A stretch of 64,000 bases of DNA, taken from positions 162,657 through 226,656 of the forward strand of contig CAYOAM010000003.1 in assembly GCA_964402035.1 (NCBI GenBank), read 5' to 3'. The notes under the pieces are model-generated. The model searched no databases, was not told the origin of the DNA, and saw nothing but the letters and a program-made list of their open reading frames with translations. The stretch is from an uncultured Candidatus Saccharibacteria bacterium. GTDB lineage: Bacteria; Patescibacteriota; Minisyncoccia; Phycocordibacterales; UBA918. A program made the position numbers and the translations under genes. Below, in pieces: positions 46,942 through 57,680 of this stretch. How positions within the stretch are numbered: the first letter of the stretch is position 1; every line of letters starts with the position of its first letter.

Positions 46942-47499
46942 ATGAACAGTAACACCACAGAGAAAAAGATATCGACCGGACTTGGTATTATTTTTCTTAC
47001 TATGGCGGTAATAATCGATGTTCTCCAGTTCTTCCTTATGTTTTTAATTTTCACGGGAATTTTGGCCGTATTAGGTATAGCTTTATCGTGGTTTCTTGCA
47101 GCCGTACTTATACCTCTTTTCATGATGACTATGATGTCACATCATGTACCCCTTTTTTCCGGATCCAAAATGAAGCGCACTGGTGCAACAATTATTGCAG
47201 AATTCATACCAATTTTTGGCAATTTCTGCCCATCGCTCTCAATATGGATATATCTCACACTGCGAGAGAACAAAAAGACGATGGTTAAAATAGCCACAGA
47301 GGCACGGGCACAAGAGGAAAAAGAGCTCAAACGGAATGCTACAATTAGAAGGAGGCTTGCGCAACAAGCTGAAGCCTCTGCAATAGAGGTACCGCAAGGC
47401 ACGAGAGACAACAGCCCTGCAGTTCGACGCAGGTACAAAGATGTCAACTATAGACCCGACCCTACGCACGAAGATCTTACGTTTAAGCAAGCCGCTTAG
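46942..47499 (+). CDS. Hypothetical membrane protein
   Basis: Several TM segments, EFIP motif. Confidence 0.65.
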   Translation: MNSNTTEKKISTGLGIIFLTMAVIIDVLQFFLMFLIFTGILAVLGIALSWFLAAVLIPLFMMTMMSHHVPLFSGSKMKRTGATIIAEFIPIFGNFCPSLSIWIYLTLRENKKTMVKIATEARAQEEKELKRNATIRRRLAQQAEASAIEVPQGTRDNSPAVRRRYKDVNYRPDPTHEDLTFKQAA

Positions 47500-47500
47500 T

Positions 47501-48484
47501 ATGCATACACTCCGAATATTTTTAGCACCCATTGCCGGAATAATAGTTTTTGCATTTCTGTTCATTACGGCAGTTTCTGTACATGCGCAATTTCAGGCTC
47601 CCGGTGTGCCTTCAGCGCACATTGAACTAAGTCCAACCTATCCAAGAGCAGGCGAACCGTTTACCGCCCGACTTGCAGACTACGGATCGCAAACAAATGA
47701 TACGGTGAGTTGGCTCATTGATGGAGTGCTTTTGAGTGACAAACAACGCGTTATTGAATTAACAGCACCACTCCTAGGGGTGCCTATGACCATAGAGGCA
47801 CGCATAACCACTTCTGGTGGCGCTACCGAAAGCACTAGAATAGTGGCAGTACCTTCAGACATCGACATTATTACCGAAAGCAACACAACAGCGCCGTATT
47901 TTTATAAGGGGCGGCGCACACCGAGTACGGGCAGTGACGCGCATCTCGTAGTGATTCCACACTTATTTTCAAAAAAAGGCACCCGAATTCCAACTTCTGA
48001 AGTAGAGTACACTTGGAGTATCAATAACGGCCTTGTAAATACGGACCGCAAGGACGGCGCCTTGGATACTACACTTTCAAGTGTCGGGGATTCGTTAGTC
48101 CGTATTACGGCTGATGCACCTGCGTATGGAGTACGGTACGAAAAAACATTCACTATTGAATCGGGTGAGCCCCAGCTAGCATTTTACGTATACAACGCAC
48201 TCACGGGACTTTCTCAAAATGCTATCCAAGATAACTATACCGAAGCAGTGAGAGAAATTTCAGTCCGAGCACAGCCTTACTTTATGGATCGAAACGTGTA
48301 CAGAAATGTGGAACAAGGATGGAGCATCAACGGAGAGCGTACACAAAATTCTGGCGGCGACCAAGAATTTATTACACTCCAATCAGGCGGCAATGGGGGT
48401 GTGACAGATGTTGGTTACTCGATCCGAAACCTGTCTGCGCTTTCACAATATGCCGCTAATCTATTTCGTATAGCTTTCAAATAA
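47501..48484 (+). CDS. Secreted Ig-like beta-sandwich protein
   Basis: Signal peptide, repeated WxING motifs, PYFYKGR. Confidence 0.65.
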   Translation: MHTLRIFLAPIAGIIVFAFLFITAVSVHAQFQAPGVPSAHIELSPTYPRAGEPFTARLADYGSQTNDTVSWLIDGVLLSDKQRVIELTAPLLGVPMTIEARITTSGGATESTRIVAVPSDIDIITESNTTAPYFYKGRRTPSTGSDAHLVVIPHLFSKKGTRIPTSEVEYTWSINNGLVNTDRKDGALDTTLSSVGDSLVRITADAPAYGVRYEKTFTIESGEPQLAFYVYNALTGLSQNAIQDNYTEAVREISVRAQPYFMDRNVYRNVEQGWSINGERTQNSGGDQEFITLQSGGNGGVTDVGYSIRNLSALSQYAANLFRIAFK

Positions 48485-48487
48485 TCT

Positions 48488-49453
48488 ATGAAGTTCTATT
48501 TCTACAGTGGTACCCAATTCAGGAAATATGTATGCTGTTGGTTGCTTTTTGGTATTTTTTTGGTGGCCCCGCTAATATCTATTGCACAAACTGCTCCACT
48601 GCCACCTCCGCCAGCACCCTCTGTGGCAGCACAGCCGGCGTCAAAAGAGCCAGCATCTGTTACAACTGGTCCCGTTCAGAACCCTCCACTTCAAAAGTTT
48701 CAGCCACTCGCTGGGATACCTGGGGTTACTGATTCCTTGACTCTTGCCGGTTTGTTACAAAATCTGTATCGACTTGCTATCGTTATTGGGGCCCTTATTG
48801 CGGTCATAAAAATTACCCTCGCTGGATTTTCGTATATGAGCTCTGACTCAATCGGAAATAAGAGTAGCGCGAAGGATGACATCGCGTCATCGTTACTTGG
48901 TCTCGTTATCATCCTCGCTACGGTACTTATTTTGGAAACTATATTTGGCACCGTAAACTTTAATTTCCTTCAGAATGCAGAAACCGTGACGTTATCAGGG
49001 AGAGAAACGGTGGTCAGTAATCCAATTACTTCTTACGACATTAAACCTGAATATGGATGTAAACAACTGGAAGCGACAGGTAAAGAATGTCCATCCGGTA
49101 ACGTAGGAATCTTCACTAAGAGTGGTATGGGTTGTGCGCCAAGTGGTTCCGTCCCGCTAGTACCAGGACAATCCGAATTTAAATACATGGATGAATCCAC
49201 ATGCTGGAGTGATGAGACAAGGTTCGCTGGATATCGTCTCCAAACCAATGAGCTAAAAACACTCGACGGGTACATGAATATAAAAGAGAGTGATCTACCC
49301 TCAGGAATGACGATGGATAAGTACAGAAAGGAAAAATTAGAGCCTGCATGTAAAAGTATCAACCCAAGTGCAGTGGTGACCATGGAGTGGAGTAGAGCAA
49401 AGTATATTGTGACTGGAGATACTACGTACCACTTTACGTGTACCAGTAAATAA
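48488..49453 (+). CDS. Pilin-like (VirB2/TrbC-type) protein with Cys-rich C-terminal extension
   Basis: AGFSYMSS...AKDDIASSLLGLVII hairpin TM motif. Confidence 0.7.
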   Translation: MKFYFYSGTQFRKYVCCWLLFGIFLVAPLISIAQTAPLPPPPAPSVAAQPASKEPASVTTGPVQNPPLQKFQPLAGIPGVTDSLTLAGLLQNLYRLAIVIGALIAVIKITLAGFSYMSSDSIGNKSSAKDDIASSLLGLVIILATVLILETIFGTVNFNFLQNAETVTLSGRETVVSNPITSYDIKPEYGCKQLEATGKECPSGNVGIFTKSGMGCAPSGSVPLVPGQSEFKYMDESTCWSDETRFAGYRLQTNELKTLDGYMNIKESDLPSGMTMDKYRKEKLEPACKSINPSAVVTMEWSRAKYIVTGDTTYHFTCTSK

Positions 49454-49454
49454 T

Positions 49455-50651
49455 ATGAAAAACGCACTTATTATCGTCCTTATTGTCATCATCCTCATTC
49501 TCGGGGGGATTTGGGGGTACCTGTTTCTCAATGGGGCGCCAAAAAGTCTCTCTGACGTGGGAGATAATGTCTTTGGCACGAGTCCCGCGGTCGTCCCCGT
49601 TGCCACAGATACTGAGGTTACACCAGGTCCTGTCGATAGTGGCGCGAGCCGCACCGTAAAAACAGACGCAATTCTAGCGAAACTCACCACTCGTGCGGTC
49701 GCTGGAGCAATGATCAGCACCTCAAGCGTCGATACCTTCATCCGATACGCAGAAAAGGGCACCGGCTACATTTTTGAAATTGACCTAAAGACTGGTACCG
49801 AAATCCGCATCTCAAATAAAGTAATTGCGCGTGCAGTGGAGGCATATTGGTCACCAACCGGGAATCATGTCGTCTTTATAACAGACGCACAAGGAAAGAG
49901 GGACGAGACACTACTCGGGACGCTCAGCATCAAAAAAGATACAAAAGAAACCGTACTCGATACCGAATCAATAGCACAAGGATCTAATATTGCATTTACA
50001 CGAAATGGTAAAGAACTCCTCTACACAGAAACAAATCCGAGCGGTGGCACAACCTCATTTAGTCGCACTCTCGCAACGGGGGACACAAAAACGCTCTTCA
50101 CCGTACCTTTTGCGGAAAGTACCGTACTGTGGGACCTCTGGGGAACGAGTGCCCACTATGTCTATACAAAACCAGCGCTTGGTTTCAATGGCTATCTCTA
50201 CAAGGTCACCAAAGGCGGTCTTGAGAAAATAGACGAAGCATCAGCACTTTCTGCTGCACGACTCGGTACCAGCACTCTTATTATCAACAAAAATTCTGGT
50301 AAAGGTCCGTATAGCCTCCTTGTTGATACGGTAAAAAATAACGGCATTTTCTTGAATATTCAAACACTCTCCGAAAAATGTGCAAAGATTGGCATCTCAA
50401 TATGGTGCGGAAGTGATGCTGCAGCAAATAGCAACACATTCCCTATATCGTGGTATCAAGGAGAAGTATCCTACGCTGATCTTATTTGGAACGTCGACAG
50501 TATGACTGGGGAAGGGAGCATTGCTGTTGACCCTGAGGCATTTATACGCGAACAGATCGATGTGACAGACATGATGACGTCGGACGAGGGACCACTGATC
50601 TTTAGAAACAAGCGCGACGATACACTGTGGATCTTCAACCCACCTAAATAA
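49455..50651 (+). CDS. Membrane-anchored beta-propeller-like hypothetical protein
   Basis: N-terminal TM segment, WSPTG, EKC-x6-WC, WYQG motifs. Confidence 0.65.
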   Translation: MKNALIIVLIVIILILGGIWGYLFLNGAPKSLSDVGDNVFGTSPAVVPVATDTEVTPGPVDSGASRTVKTDAILAKLTTRAVAGAMISTSSVDTFIRYAEKGTGYIFEIDLKTGTEIRISNKVIARAVEAYWSPTGNHVVFITDAQGKRDETLLGTLSIKKDTKETVLDTESIAQGSNIAFTRNGKELLYTETNPSGGTTSFSRTLATGDTKTLFTVPFAESTVLWDLWGTSAHYVYTKPALGFNGYLYKVTKGGLEKIDEASALSAARLGTSTLIINKNSGKGPYSLLVDTVKNNGIFLNIQTLSEKCAKIGISIWCGSDAAANSNTFPISWYQGEVSYADLIWNVDSMTGEGSIAVDPEAFIREQIDVTDMMTSDEGPLIFRNKRDDTLWIFNPPK

Positions 50652-50775
50652 AACGCTTTAAAACCCGTACCTACTTTGTTGTCTACGTCACTTAGACCGC
50701 TCACCGTATAGAAAATACGGCTCGAGTCTTCGTTCCTTGACGTCTCGTAGCTACAGGTTTGTAAATGCGTTTTAT
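50648..50775. repeat. 128-bp nested palindromic (REP/MITE-like) element between convergent genes
   Basis: ATAAAACGC/GCGTTTTAT ends; inner ACGTCA/TGACGT and CCGTAT/ATACGG stems. Confidence 0.6.
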
Positions 50776-50801
50776 CGAATTGTTAAGATTTGCCAGTAGA
50801 G

Positions 50802-51572
50802 TTATGCAACTTTTTCGGCGGTAACGTCCACTTCACGATGTCGATCAGGGATTTTGGCACGCACTACGTACTCTTGCGCAATAGACATCACATTGCTGAC
50901 GACAAAATAGAGCGCTACAGCGGCAGAAAAATAGTAAGCGGTAAAACCGATCATGACGGGCATAGCGTATTTCATCTGCAACTGCATGCTTTGCGTGAGA
51001 TCTTCCTTAAAGTTCGGCGTCGTGCCTGTCTTTTTCTTGATGGGTGGCAAGGACATATGACCAAAAATGTATTGTGAAATACCCGCAAGTAGGGCGAGCA
51101 CGATACTTTTTGAGCTCATATCAACAAGTCCTAAAAAGAGCATACTGATCGTTTCTGGGGCAGGGACAAAACTATACAAGAGCGCAGTATTAATACCGGG
51201 CAATTTAACACCACCGCCACTTGAGACCGCAAAATAGAGCGCAATGATGATCGGGATTTGAATCAGTGCGAAAAAAATACTCGCAAATGGGTTCACACCT
51301 GCAGATTTGTACGCAGCCATTGTCTGCCGTGCCAATTCTTCTTTCGCATCCTTGTACTTCTCCTTGATACGGGTGAGCTCAGGCTCTAGGAAACGCATAG
51401 CGTGCTGCGCGTGAGCCGCTTTGATCGAAATCGGAAGCATGATTATTTTAACTGCTATCGTGAGTAAAATAATCGCGATACCGACATCTGCATTCTGAAC
51501 ATGGCCCACAAGAAAGATAAGTCCGTTGTATATCGGATCAAAAAATACGCCGTGCCAAATGGTGCCCCACAT
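50802..51572 (-). CDS. yidC: Membrane protein insertase YidC
   Basis: GIAIILLTIAVK...P, GVNPF, IQIPI, ALYFVVSN..SIAQE. Confidence 0.93.
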   Translation of the reverse strand: MWGTIWHGVFFDPIYNGLIFLVGHVQNADVGIAIILLTIAVKIIMLPISIKAAHAQHAMRFLEPELTRIKEKYKDAKEELARQTMAAYKSAGVNPFASIFFALIQIPIIIALYFAVSSGGGVKLPGINTALLYSFVPAPETISMLFLGLVDMSSKSIVLALLAGISQYIFGHMSLPPIKKKTGTTPNFKEDLTQSMQLQMKYAMPVMIGFTAYYFSAAVALYFVVSNVMSIAQEYVVRAKIPDRHREVDVTAEKVA

Positions 51573-51591
51573 AATTAGTATGGTCGTTATT

Positions 51592-51936
51592 CTACCTCGA
51601 ATGTGACGTACGTGAAAGTAGTGATGATCGAACGTCACGAAGCGACTGCCGAACCGACACCATAGGATGCTGTTTTAATAGCGGCTGCACTAGGACGATA
51701 TATGTACCTCCACGTGGGTTTTCGCGCTCGATACCTGCCAAAAGACTATATATCTGGCGCCGTATTCGATTTCGAGTACTCGAAAGGAGGCTCACCTTTT
51801 TTGAAACCACGACTGAAACATGAAGGCTCGGTGACGGTTGATAGAGCATCGTAAAGCCGAGCCCAGAAGCACGCACTGAGCGCTTAAAAATTTTATTAAA
51901 CTCTTCCCGCCCCAGACGAGAACGTTTTGGCAGCAT
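51592..51936 (-). CDS. rnpA: Ribonuclease P protein
   Basis: MLPKRSRL, VVVSKKV...RNRIRRQ; canonical position after rpmH. Confidence 0.9.
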   Translation of the reverse strand: MLPKRSRLGREEFNKIFKRSVRASGLGFTMLYQPSPSLHVSVVVSKKVSLLSSTRNRIRRQIYSLLAGIERENPRGGTYIVLVQPLLKQHPMVSVRQSLRDVRSSLLSRTSHSR

Positions 51937-51937
51937 A

Positions 51938-52075
51938 TTACACCGCTAAGCGTGCACGCCCTTTTTGTCTTCGTCGACGCAAAAGCGCCTTACCTTGAGG
52001 TGTTGCAGTACGAGCCAAGAAACCGTGCGTGGTTGCACGCTTTCGTTTCTTCGGCTGATAGGTTCTCTTTGACAT
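51938..52075 (-). CDS. rpmH: 50S ribosomal protein L34 (not in ORF track)
   Basis: [45 protein letters not shown]. Confidence 0.97.
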   Translation of the reverse strand: MSKRTYQPKKRKRATTHGFLARTATPQGKALLRRRRQKGRARLAV

Positions 52076-52265
52076 ACCGGAAAGAGTACACTACTTTCTT
52101 TTGATTTTCAACTTGCCACAAAAAGGGGCTTGACGAAGTGCGTGTATACACGCTTTCAACAGGTTATACACATTATAATATTTATGTGGCGCAATCATTC
52201 ATTTTTTTTGTAATAGTTTACAGTTACTCATCGAAGAGTATAATGCTTTAGAAATTTAGCGCATT

Positions 52266-53645
52266 ATGAATGTCTCATCACACACTTCACTCCATGCGCT
52301 GCGCACTGAGCAGCTCGACACAAAACAATTGTGGGACAACACGCTCGTCAATATTGAGCTCTCGATATCGGCAGCAAATTTTAAAACGTGGTTTCGTGAT
52401 ACACATATCGCATCTTTTGAAGATGGCACCATCACCGTTGGTGTTCCGAGTGTTTTTGTTCGAGATTGGCTTTCTGACAAATTTCACGGACTGATTTTGA
52501 AGACCCTACGCGATCTTTCACACCATGTTCGCAGTGTCGAATACTTGGTCGTACAAAAAAGCGAGCGCAAGAGTGATCGCATAAAGCCGCAAACCATAAA
52601 TGCGTCGCTACCACTCGAAGAGTACTACATCAACAAGAGCGATAACCTCAATCCACGCTACACGTTTGATAATTTTGTTGTAGGTCCCTTTAATCAGCTG
52701 GCGCATGCTGCAGCACAGACCGTTGCGCGTGAGCCAGGCATCGCATACAACCCACTGTTTGTGTATGGACCAACAGGTCATGGCAAAACACACCTCATAC
52801 AGGCAGTGGGGAATCACCTCAAAAAACAAGGAAAGAAAGTGTTCTATGTCACGAGCGAGCGTTTTACTGTTGACTACATGAACGCGCTGCAAAACGGCAC
52901 CGCAAACAACTTTAAAGACAAATACCGTCAATACGATGCACTCATCATGGACGACGTACAATTTCTTTCGAATAAAGAAAAGACACAGGAAGAGCTTTTT
53001 CACCTTTTCAACTCTCTCCATGATAACAACAAACAGATTGTGTTTTCATCCGATGTGCACCCACGACTCATGAACAATATGGAAGAACGTCTCCAGTCAC
53101 GCTTTGCTCAGGGTATGATCGTCGATATCCCTAAAACCGACTACGAGTCACGTTTGGCAATATTACGTGCCAAAGCCGCACACAACAATATTGCGCTCAC
53201 CAATGATGTTGTAGAGCATTTGGCGGTCACTATCGAAGGAAACATCCGTGAGCTTGAGGGCGCACTCAACACCATCATGTGTCAGTCACAACTCTCGGGA
53301 CGCGCACTCGAACTCGATGAAGTTCGTGTGCTGATCAAAAATAGTACGCGTCCCCGAAAATCCCTTGCTGTTGCAGATGTTGTTGATAAGATTGCACGAT
53401 TTTTTGATATTGAATCAGCCAGCATTTATGAAAAAACACGTCGTAAAGAAGTGGTGAAGCCGCGACAACTCATTATGTATATTTTGCGAGAAGATTTCCA
53501 AATATCATATCCTGCGATTGGTCAAAAAATGGGCGGTCGTGATCACACTACCGTTATTCACTCCTGTGAAAAAATAAAACGTGACTTAAAACAAGACACA
53601 ACACTAGAAGAAGAGTTGGGGCAAATCCGCGCACTCTTAAAATAG
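52266..53645 (+). CDS. dnaA: Chromosomal replication initiator DnaA
   Basis: YTFDNFVVG, YNPLFVYGPTGHGKTHL, NIRELEGAL, GGRDHTTVIH. Confidence 0.98.
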   Translation: MNVSSHTSLHALRTEQLDTKQLWDNTLVNIELSISAANFKTWFRDTHIASFEDGTITVGVPSVFVRDWLSDKFHGLILKTLRDLSHHVRSVEYLVVQKSERKSDRIKPQTINASLPLEEYYINKSDNLNPRYTFDNFVVGPFNQLAHAAAQTVAREPGIAYNPLFVYGPTGHGKTHLIQAVGNHLKKQGKKVFYVTSERFTVDYMNALQNGTANNFKDKYRQYDALIMDDVQFLSNKEKTQEELFHLFNSLHDNNKQIVFSSDVHPRLMNNMEERLQSRFAQGMIVDIPKTDYESRLAILRAKAAHNNIALTNDVVEHLAVTIEGNIRELEGALNTIMCQSQLSGRALELDEVRVLIKNSTRPRKSLAVADVVDKIARFFDIESASIYEKTRRKEVVKPRQLIMYILREDFQISYPAIGQKMGGRDHTTVIHSCEKIKRDLKQDTTLEEELGQIRALLK

Positions 53646-53901
53646 AGCTGTGTATATCCCTGTGTATGTTGTGCACATATCTACGGGGAAAAGATAGCGG
53701 AAAAGTTTTGTCGACGACCAAAAAAGAGGAGAGTTGTACACACGGAGTGATTTTGAAACATAAACGCAGGATAACTTTCACACAACTACCGAATAGATTG
53801 TGAATAAAAAATCCATAGTATAAAACATATTATTTAGAAATCCCCATATCAACAGGATTAATAGTAAAAATACTTTTTAAATAGAAAATTAAAGAAAAGT
53901 T
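53646..53901. promoter_or_regulatory. Probable oriC (DnaA-box-like 9-mers plus AT-rich unwinding region)
   Basis: dnaA-dnaN spacer with TGTGTATAT, TTGTACACA, TGTGAATAA, then a very AT-rich tract; TTATACACA also upstream of dnaA near 52164. Confidence 0.7.
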
Positions 53902-55002
53902 ATGCACATAGAAATTAAAAAAGAAGTACTGATAAAAAAACTTTCTTTGGTGGCACGCATCGCCGCGAAGCATCTCACGCTACCAGTACTACAATGTGTG
54001 CGTATCGAAGCGGTTGCGGGAAAAATTACTTTCACCGGGACAAACTTGGAGTTAGGTATGACATTGTTGGTAGAGGGGACTGTACATGAAGATGGGGTTA
54101 TTGCGGTGCCAGGCGCATTATTACTCCAAACAGTGGAGCTTATCCAGGATGGTATTGTCTCTTTAAAAATGGAGAGTGATGTTTTGGTTGTTGTGTCTCG
54201 TGGTTCGCGTACAAAAATTAATACATTCTCGGTGGGGGAATTTCCCACTATCCCTCTTCTTGAGGGAAAAGCACAGCGTATAAACGCAAAGACATTCGCG
54301 CTCGGTATTCGCACCGTCTCATTTGCCACGTCACAATCCACCATTAAGCCAGAGTTGGGTAGTGTTGCGATTCAGCAACATAAAGAGCATAGCCTTACGT
54401 TTATTGCGACCGATTCATTTCGGCTTATTGAAAAAACGGTATCACAAGAACAATTGACGCTCGAAAGTCCTTTGTTGATTCCGCAAAAAAATGCGCTCGA
54501 GATTGCGCGTGTGCTGGAGCTTATGGAAGAAGGTCCAGAATGTATTATTGGAGAGGGGCAGATGGCATTTCGTTTTAATGATGGCACCTATCTCACTACA
54601 CGCCTCACAGAAGGCTCTTTCCCTGACTACACGCAGATTATCCCAAAAGAGTACGTAACGCATGTTACGGTGCTTACCGCTGATCTTGAACATGCGCTAA
54701 AGATGACGAATGTCTTTACCAATAAGTTTATGCAGGTAGGTTTCGAAATACAGGGAGCAGAAAAAGCACTAGTGCTTTCTTCTGATAGCGGTGAATCAGG
54801 GGCAGCGACGGAGCAGATTGCTGCAGTTATAGAAGGGGAGGATTTGAAATTAAGTTTTAATCAACGGTATGTCAGTGACCCTCTCTCGCATATGCCAGGA
54901 GAAAGTATCGTACTGCATTTTGCAGGCATCGGGAGGCCGATGGTGATGGAGGATGTGCGGGAGAAACATATACGGTATCTCGTGATGCCAATGAATAAAT
55001 AA
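53902..55002 (+). CDS. dnaN: DNA polymerase III beta clamp
   Basis: TNLELG, ATDSFRL, FPDY, YLVMPM. Confidence 0.95.
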   Translation: MHIEIKKEVLIKKLSLVARIAAKHLTLPVLQCVRIEAVAGKITFTGTNLELGMTLLVEGTVHEDGVIAVPGALLLQTVELIQDGIVSLKMESDVLVVVSRGSRTKINTFSVGEFPTIPLLEGKAQRINAKTFALGIRTVSFATSQSTIKPELGSVAIQQHKEHSLTFIATDSFRLIEKTVSQEQLTLESPLLIPQKNALEIARVLELMEEGPECIIGEGQMAFRFNDGTYLTTRLTEGSFPDYTQIIPKEYVTHVTVLTADLEHALKMTNVFTNKFMQVGFEIQGAEKALVLSSDSGESGAATEQIAAVIEGEDLKLSFNQRYVSDPLSHMPGESIVLHFAGIGRPMVMEDVREKHIRYLVMPMNK

Positions 55003-55003
55003 T

Positions 55004-55294
55004 ATGTCGCGTATGCGCGGAGAACACTTGCGCTCAGTTGGTGACCTGCTTCAGAAATATCGCACGCTTCGCGCGCCGCAGGGTACCGTCATCACTTCAT
55101 TTTTACTAGCGGTGCAGACGGTCTGCAAATTTGAGCTCAAAAAACATGCGGTCAAATACAATCCGCATGCAAAAGCAGTATTTCTCATCCTCGCTGGGCC
55201 AGCAAAGCATGAAATACTGCTGCACACAAATGAAATCTTGCAGTTTTGCGTGCGTGATATTGGTGCAGAGAATGCGCCGCGGTCTATTGGTTAG
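55004..55294 (+). CDS. Small protein, possibly DciA/DUF721-like
   Basis: Directly after dnaN; KHEILLHTNEIL helix resembles DUF721. Confidence 0.5.
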   Translation: MSRMRGEHLRSVGDLLQKYRTLRAPQGTVITSFLLAVQTVCKFELKKHAVKYNPHAKAVFLILAGPAKHEILLHTNEILQFCVRDIGAENAPRSIG

Positions 55295-57501
55295 TTTCTA
55301 TCGGTTTTTCGTGGGGGTTTTTCGTCTTTCTTTTCCTGATCTATGGTAGCTTCAAGGAGCGCTGTTTTCCAGAGTGAAACTGGATATTCCCATAGTTTAA
55401 ATTGTCCGTCACTGTAGGGGTCGGTGGGATTTGGACCCTGTGGGTCATCTTTTTTAACAAAGTAGAGAATTTCATGCGCATTTGCAATAGTGCTTTGCAT
55501 AGAAATTTCCGGCACATCATTACCTTCACTCACCAATGCTTCCGTATCAAACCAAATACCCCGGAGTACCGGCTTATAGTGTGCAGGAGTCGCTTCGGGT
55601 TGTGCAAATGTTTCAGTGGTTCGCTTTGTGAGGGCAAAATCCATAAATTCACGCCACATAGGGGACACAATAAAACCGGCTGTTTTTTTTGCCATGGAGC
55701 GGTTGTCATTGTTTCCTGCCCATGCTCCGACAGCAATCGTTGGTGTATAGCCTATGATCCATGTGTCACGGTAATCATTAGTGGTACCTGTTTTCACTGC
55801 GACGTCGCGACCAGGAAAATAGAGGGGAGAATTTGGGCCGAATGTTGGTGTTCGTGCGGCATTGTCGGAAAGTATGTCAGACATTTGGAGTGCAATCTGT
55901 CTCTCGAGGACGCGTCGAGCGGTTGGCTTGAGTTCCTCAACTACAGCTCCTGTGCTATCTTCAATACGAATAATACTTGCAAGATCTGAACGCTCACCCT
56001 CGTTTGCAAATACGCCATATGCGCCCACCATATCAAGAAGTCGTACTTCACCACCTCCCAAGACTAGTGTAAGACCATACCGTCCTTTATCGGTGAGTGT
56101 TGTAACGCCCAGATCTCGAGCAAGTTTGATTGAGGAATCAATACCTGCAAGGTAGAGGGCTTTTACTGCAGGAACATTGATTGACTGAGCAAGGGCATTA
56201 CGAAATGAAATAGGGCCGCGAAATGTATCATCGTAATTTGATGGTGCGTAACATTTGTCATCTGTTTCAAGATATGAAGGATCGCATGCCGTTGAGAATT
56301 GAGTCTTGAGGTCAAATACTACTGTTTCTGGCGTGTACCCTTTTTGGAAGGCAGCGGCGTAGACAAATGGCTTAAACGAAGATCCTGGCTGGCGTTCCGC
56401 AAGAGCAATATTATATTTACCGTCTATTTTCTTATCAAAGTAGTCGCGTGAACCCACCATAGTCAGTATTTCACCCGTTTTAGGATCAGTCGCAACGATG
56501 GCTGCATTTTCGGCATTGAATGTCTGTTCATTTTTAAGTGCCCAATCATGCACTGTCTGTTCTGCCTTTTCCTGTAATTCCCAATCGAGTGTCGTAATTA
56601 CTTTGAAACCTCGCTCTCCAAGAAGTTCCTCCCCGTAGGTACGTGCGAGATAGTCACGTACATAAAAAACAAAATGTGGTGCTTTAATACCAGTCGCCAC
56701 TTGCCCTTTAAACTCCGGTTTTTCAGCAATGGCTGCATCGTACTCTTCTTTGGTTATAAATTCTTTTGCTAGCATGCGCGAAAGGGTCAAGTCTTTTCTT
56801 GCATCAAGCGCTGCGCGGTTTGGTCCGTAGGGAGCTAGGTAGGTTGGCGCCTGGGGTAGTGAGGCAATATATGCAGCTTCTGCAAGTGTCACATCAGATG
56901 CAGATTTACCAAAAAAAGCCAAGCTTGCTTCCTCAACACCGTAAATAGTTCCCCCGTATGGTGATTCATTGAGATAGTGACCTAGGATTTCTTCCTTACT
57001 GAGTTCTCGTTCGAGCTTGAGTGCTAGTATCCATTCTTTCACTTTTCGGGTAACCGTTTTTTCTTGTTTGAGTATCGAGTTTTTTATTACTTGTTGGGTA
57101 ATGGTTGACCCTCCTTGGCCACCGAGGAGATTTCCACCCTGCATGTTCGCTAAAATTGCTCGTAAAATAGAAAAAGGGCGGATTCCTGCGTGCTCAAAAA
57201 ATGTATCATCTTCAATAGCAACGGTGGCGTTTTTAATGTGACGTGAAATTTGTTCGTACGGTATAATCGTTCGTTTTATGTCTTGATGGAGGTCATACAG
57301 CAGGATTTCTCCAGTGCGATCGTAGATCTTTGTTGATTGCAGGACACGCCGCTGATTGAATGCAGAAAGATCAGGTATTTCGAGAGTTGAGACCCAGAGG
57401 AGTAAGAGACCGCTACCGATAAGGCCTACGACAAAAAACAGTATCAGTGCATCGATACTCAGTCGCCAAAATCGTCCACGCCACTTACTTTTTGCTGGCA
57501 T
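55291..57501 (-). CDS. Class A penicillin-binding protein (PBP1A family)
   Basis: AIEDDTF, GGSTITQQ, RKVKE transglycosylase; SSFK, SIN, KTG transpeptidase motifs. Confidence 0.95.
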   Translation of the reverse strand: MPAKSKWRGRFWRLSIDALILFFVVGLIGSGLLLLWVSTLEIPDLSAFNQRRVLQSTKIYDRTGEILLYDLHQDIKRTIIPYEQISRHIKNATVAIEDDTFFEHAGIRPFSILRAILANMQGGNLLGGQGGSTITQQVIKNSILKQEKTVTRKVKEWILALKLERELSKEEILGHYLNESPYGGTIYGVEEASLAFFGKSASDVTLAEAAYIASLPQAPTYLAPYGPNRAALDARKDLTLSRMLAKEFITKEEYDAAIAEKPEFKGQVATGIKAPHFVFYVRDYLARTYGEELLGERGFKVITTLDWELQEKAEQTVHDWALKNEQTFNAENAAIVATDPKTGEILTMVGSRDYFDKKIDGKYNIALAERQPGSSFKPFVYAAAFQKGYTPETVVFDLKTQFSTACDPSYLETDDKCYAPSNYDDTFRGPISFRNALAQSINVPAVKALYLAGIDSSIKLARDLGVTTLTDKGRYGLTLVLGGGEVRLLDMVGAYGVFANEGERSDLASIIRIEDSTGAVVEELKPTARRVLERQIALQMSDILSDNAARTPTFGPNSPLYFPGRDVAVKTGTTNDYRDTWIIGYTPTIAVGAWAGNNDNRSMAKKTAGFIVSPMWREFMDFALTKRTTETFAQPEATPAHYKPVLRGIWFDTEALVSEGNDVPEISMQSTIANAHEILYFVKKDDPQGPNPTDPYSDGQFKLWEYPVSLWKTALLEATIDQEKKDEKPPRKTDRN

Positions 57502-57680
57502 AGCAAAATACTACCATAATGACGTTTCAAATAGGATACGCCTTGAAAAATCTCGCTATGTGGTATGTAGAGGTGTGCAAAAAATCCTTAGATACGCGAC
57601 GTCAAGGAATGCAGACCCGAGGCAGTAAAACATGCTGGGAGCATGTTTTACGATCCTCTCAATACTATAAATCCGCCGAA

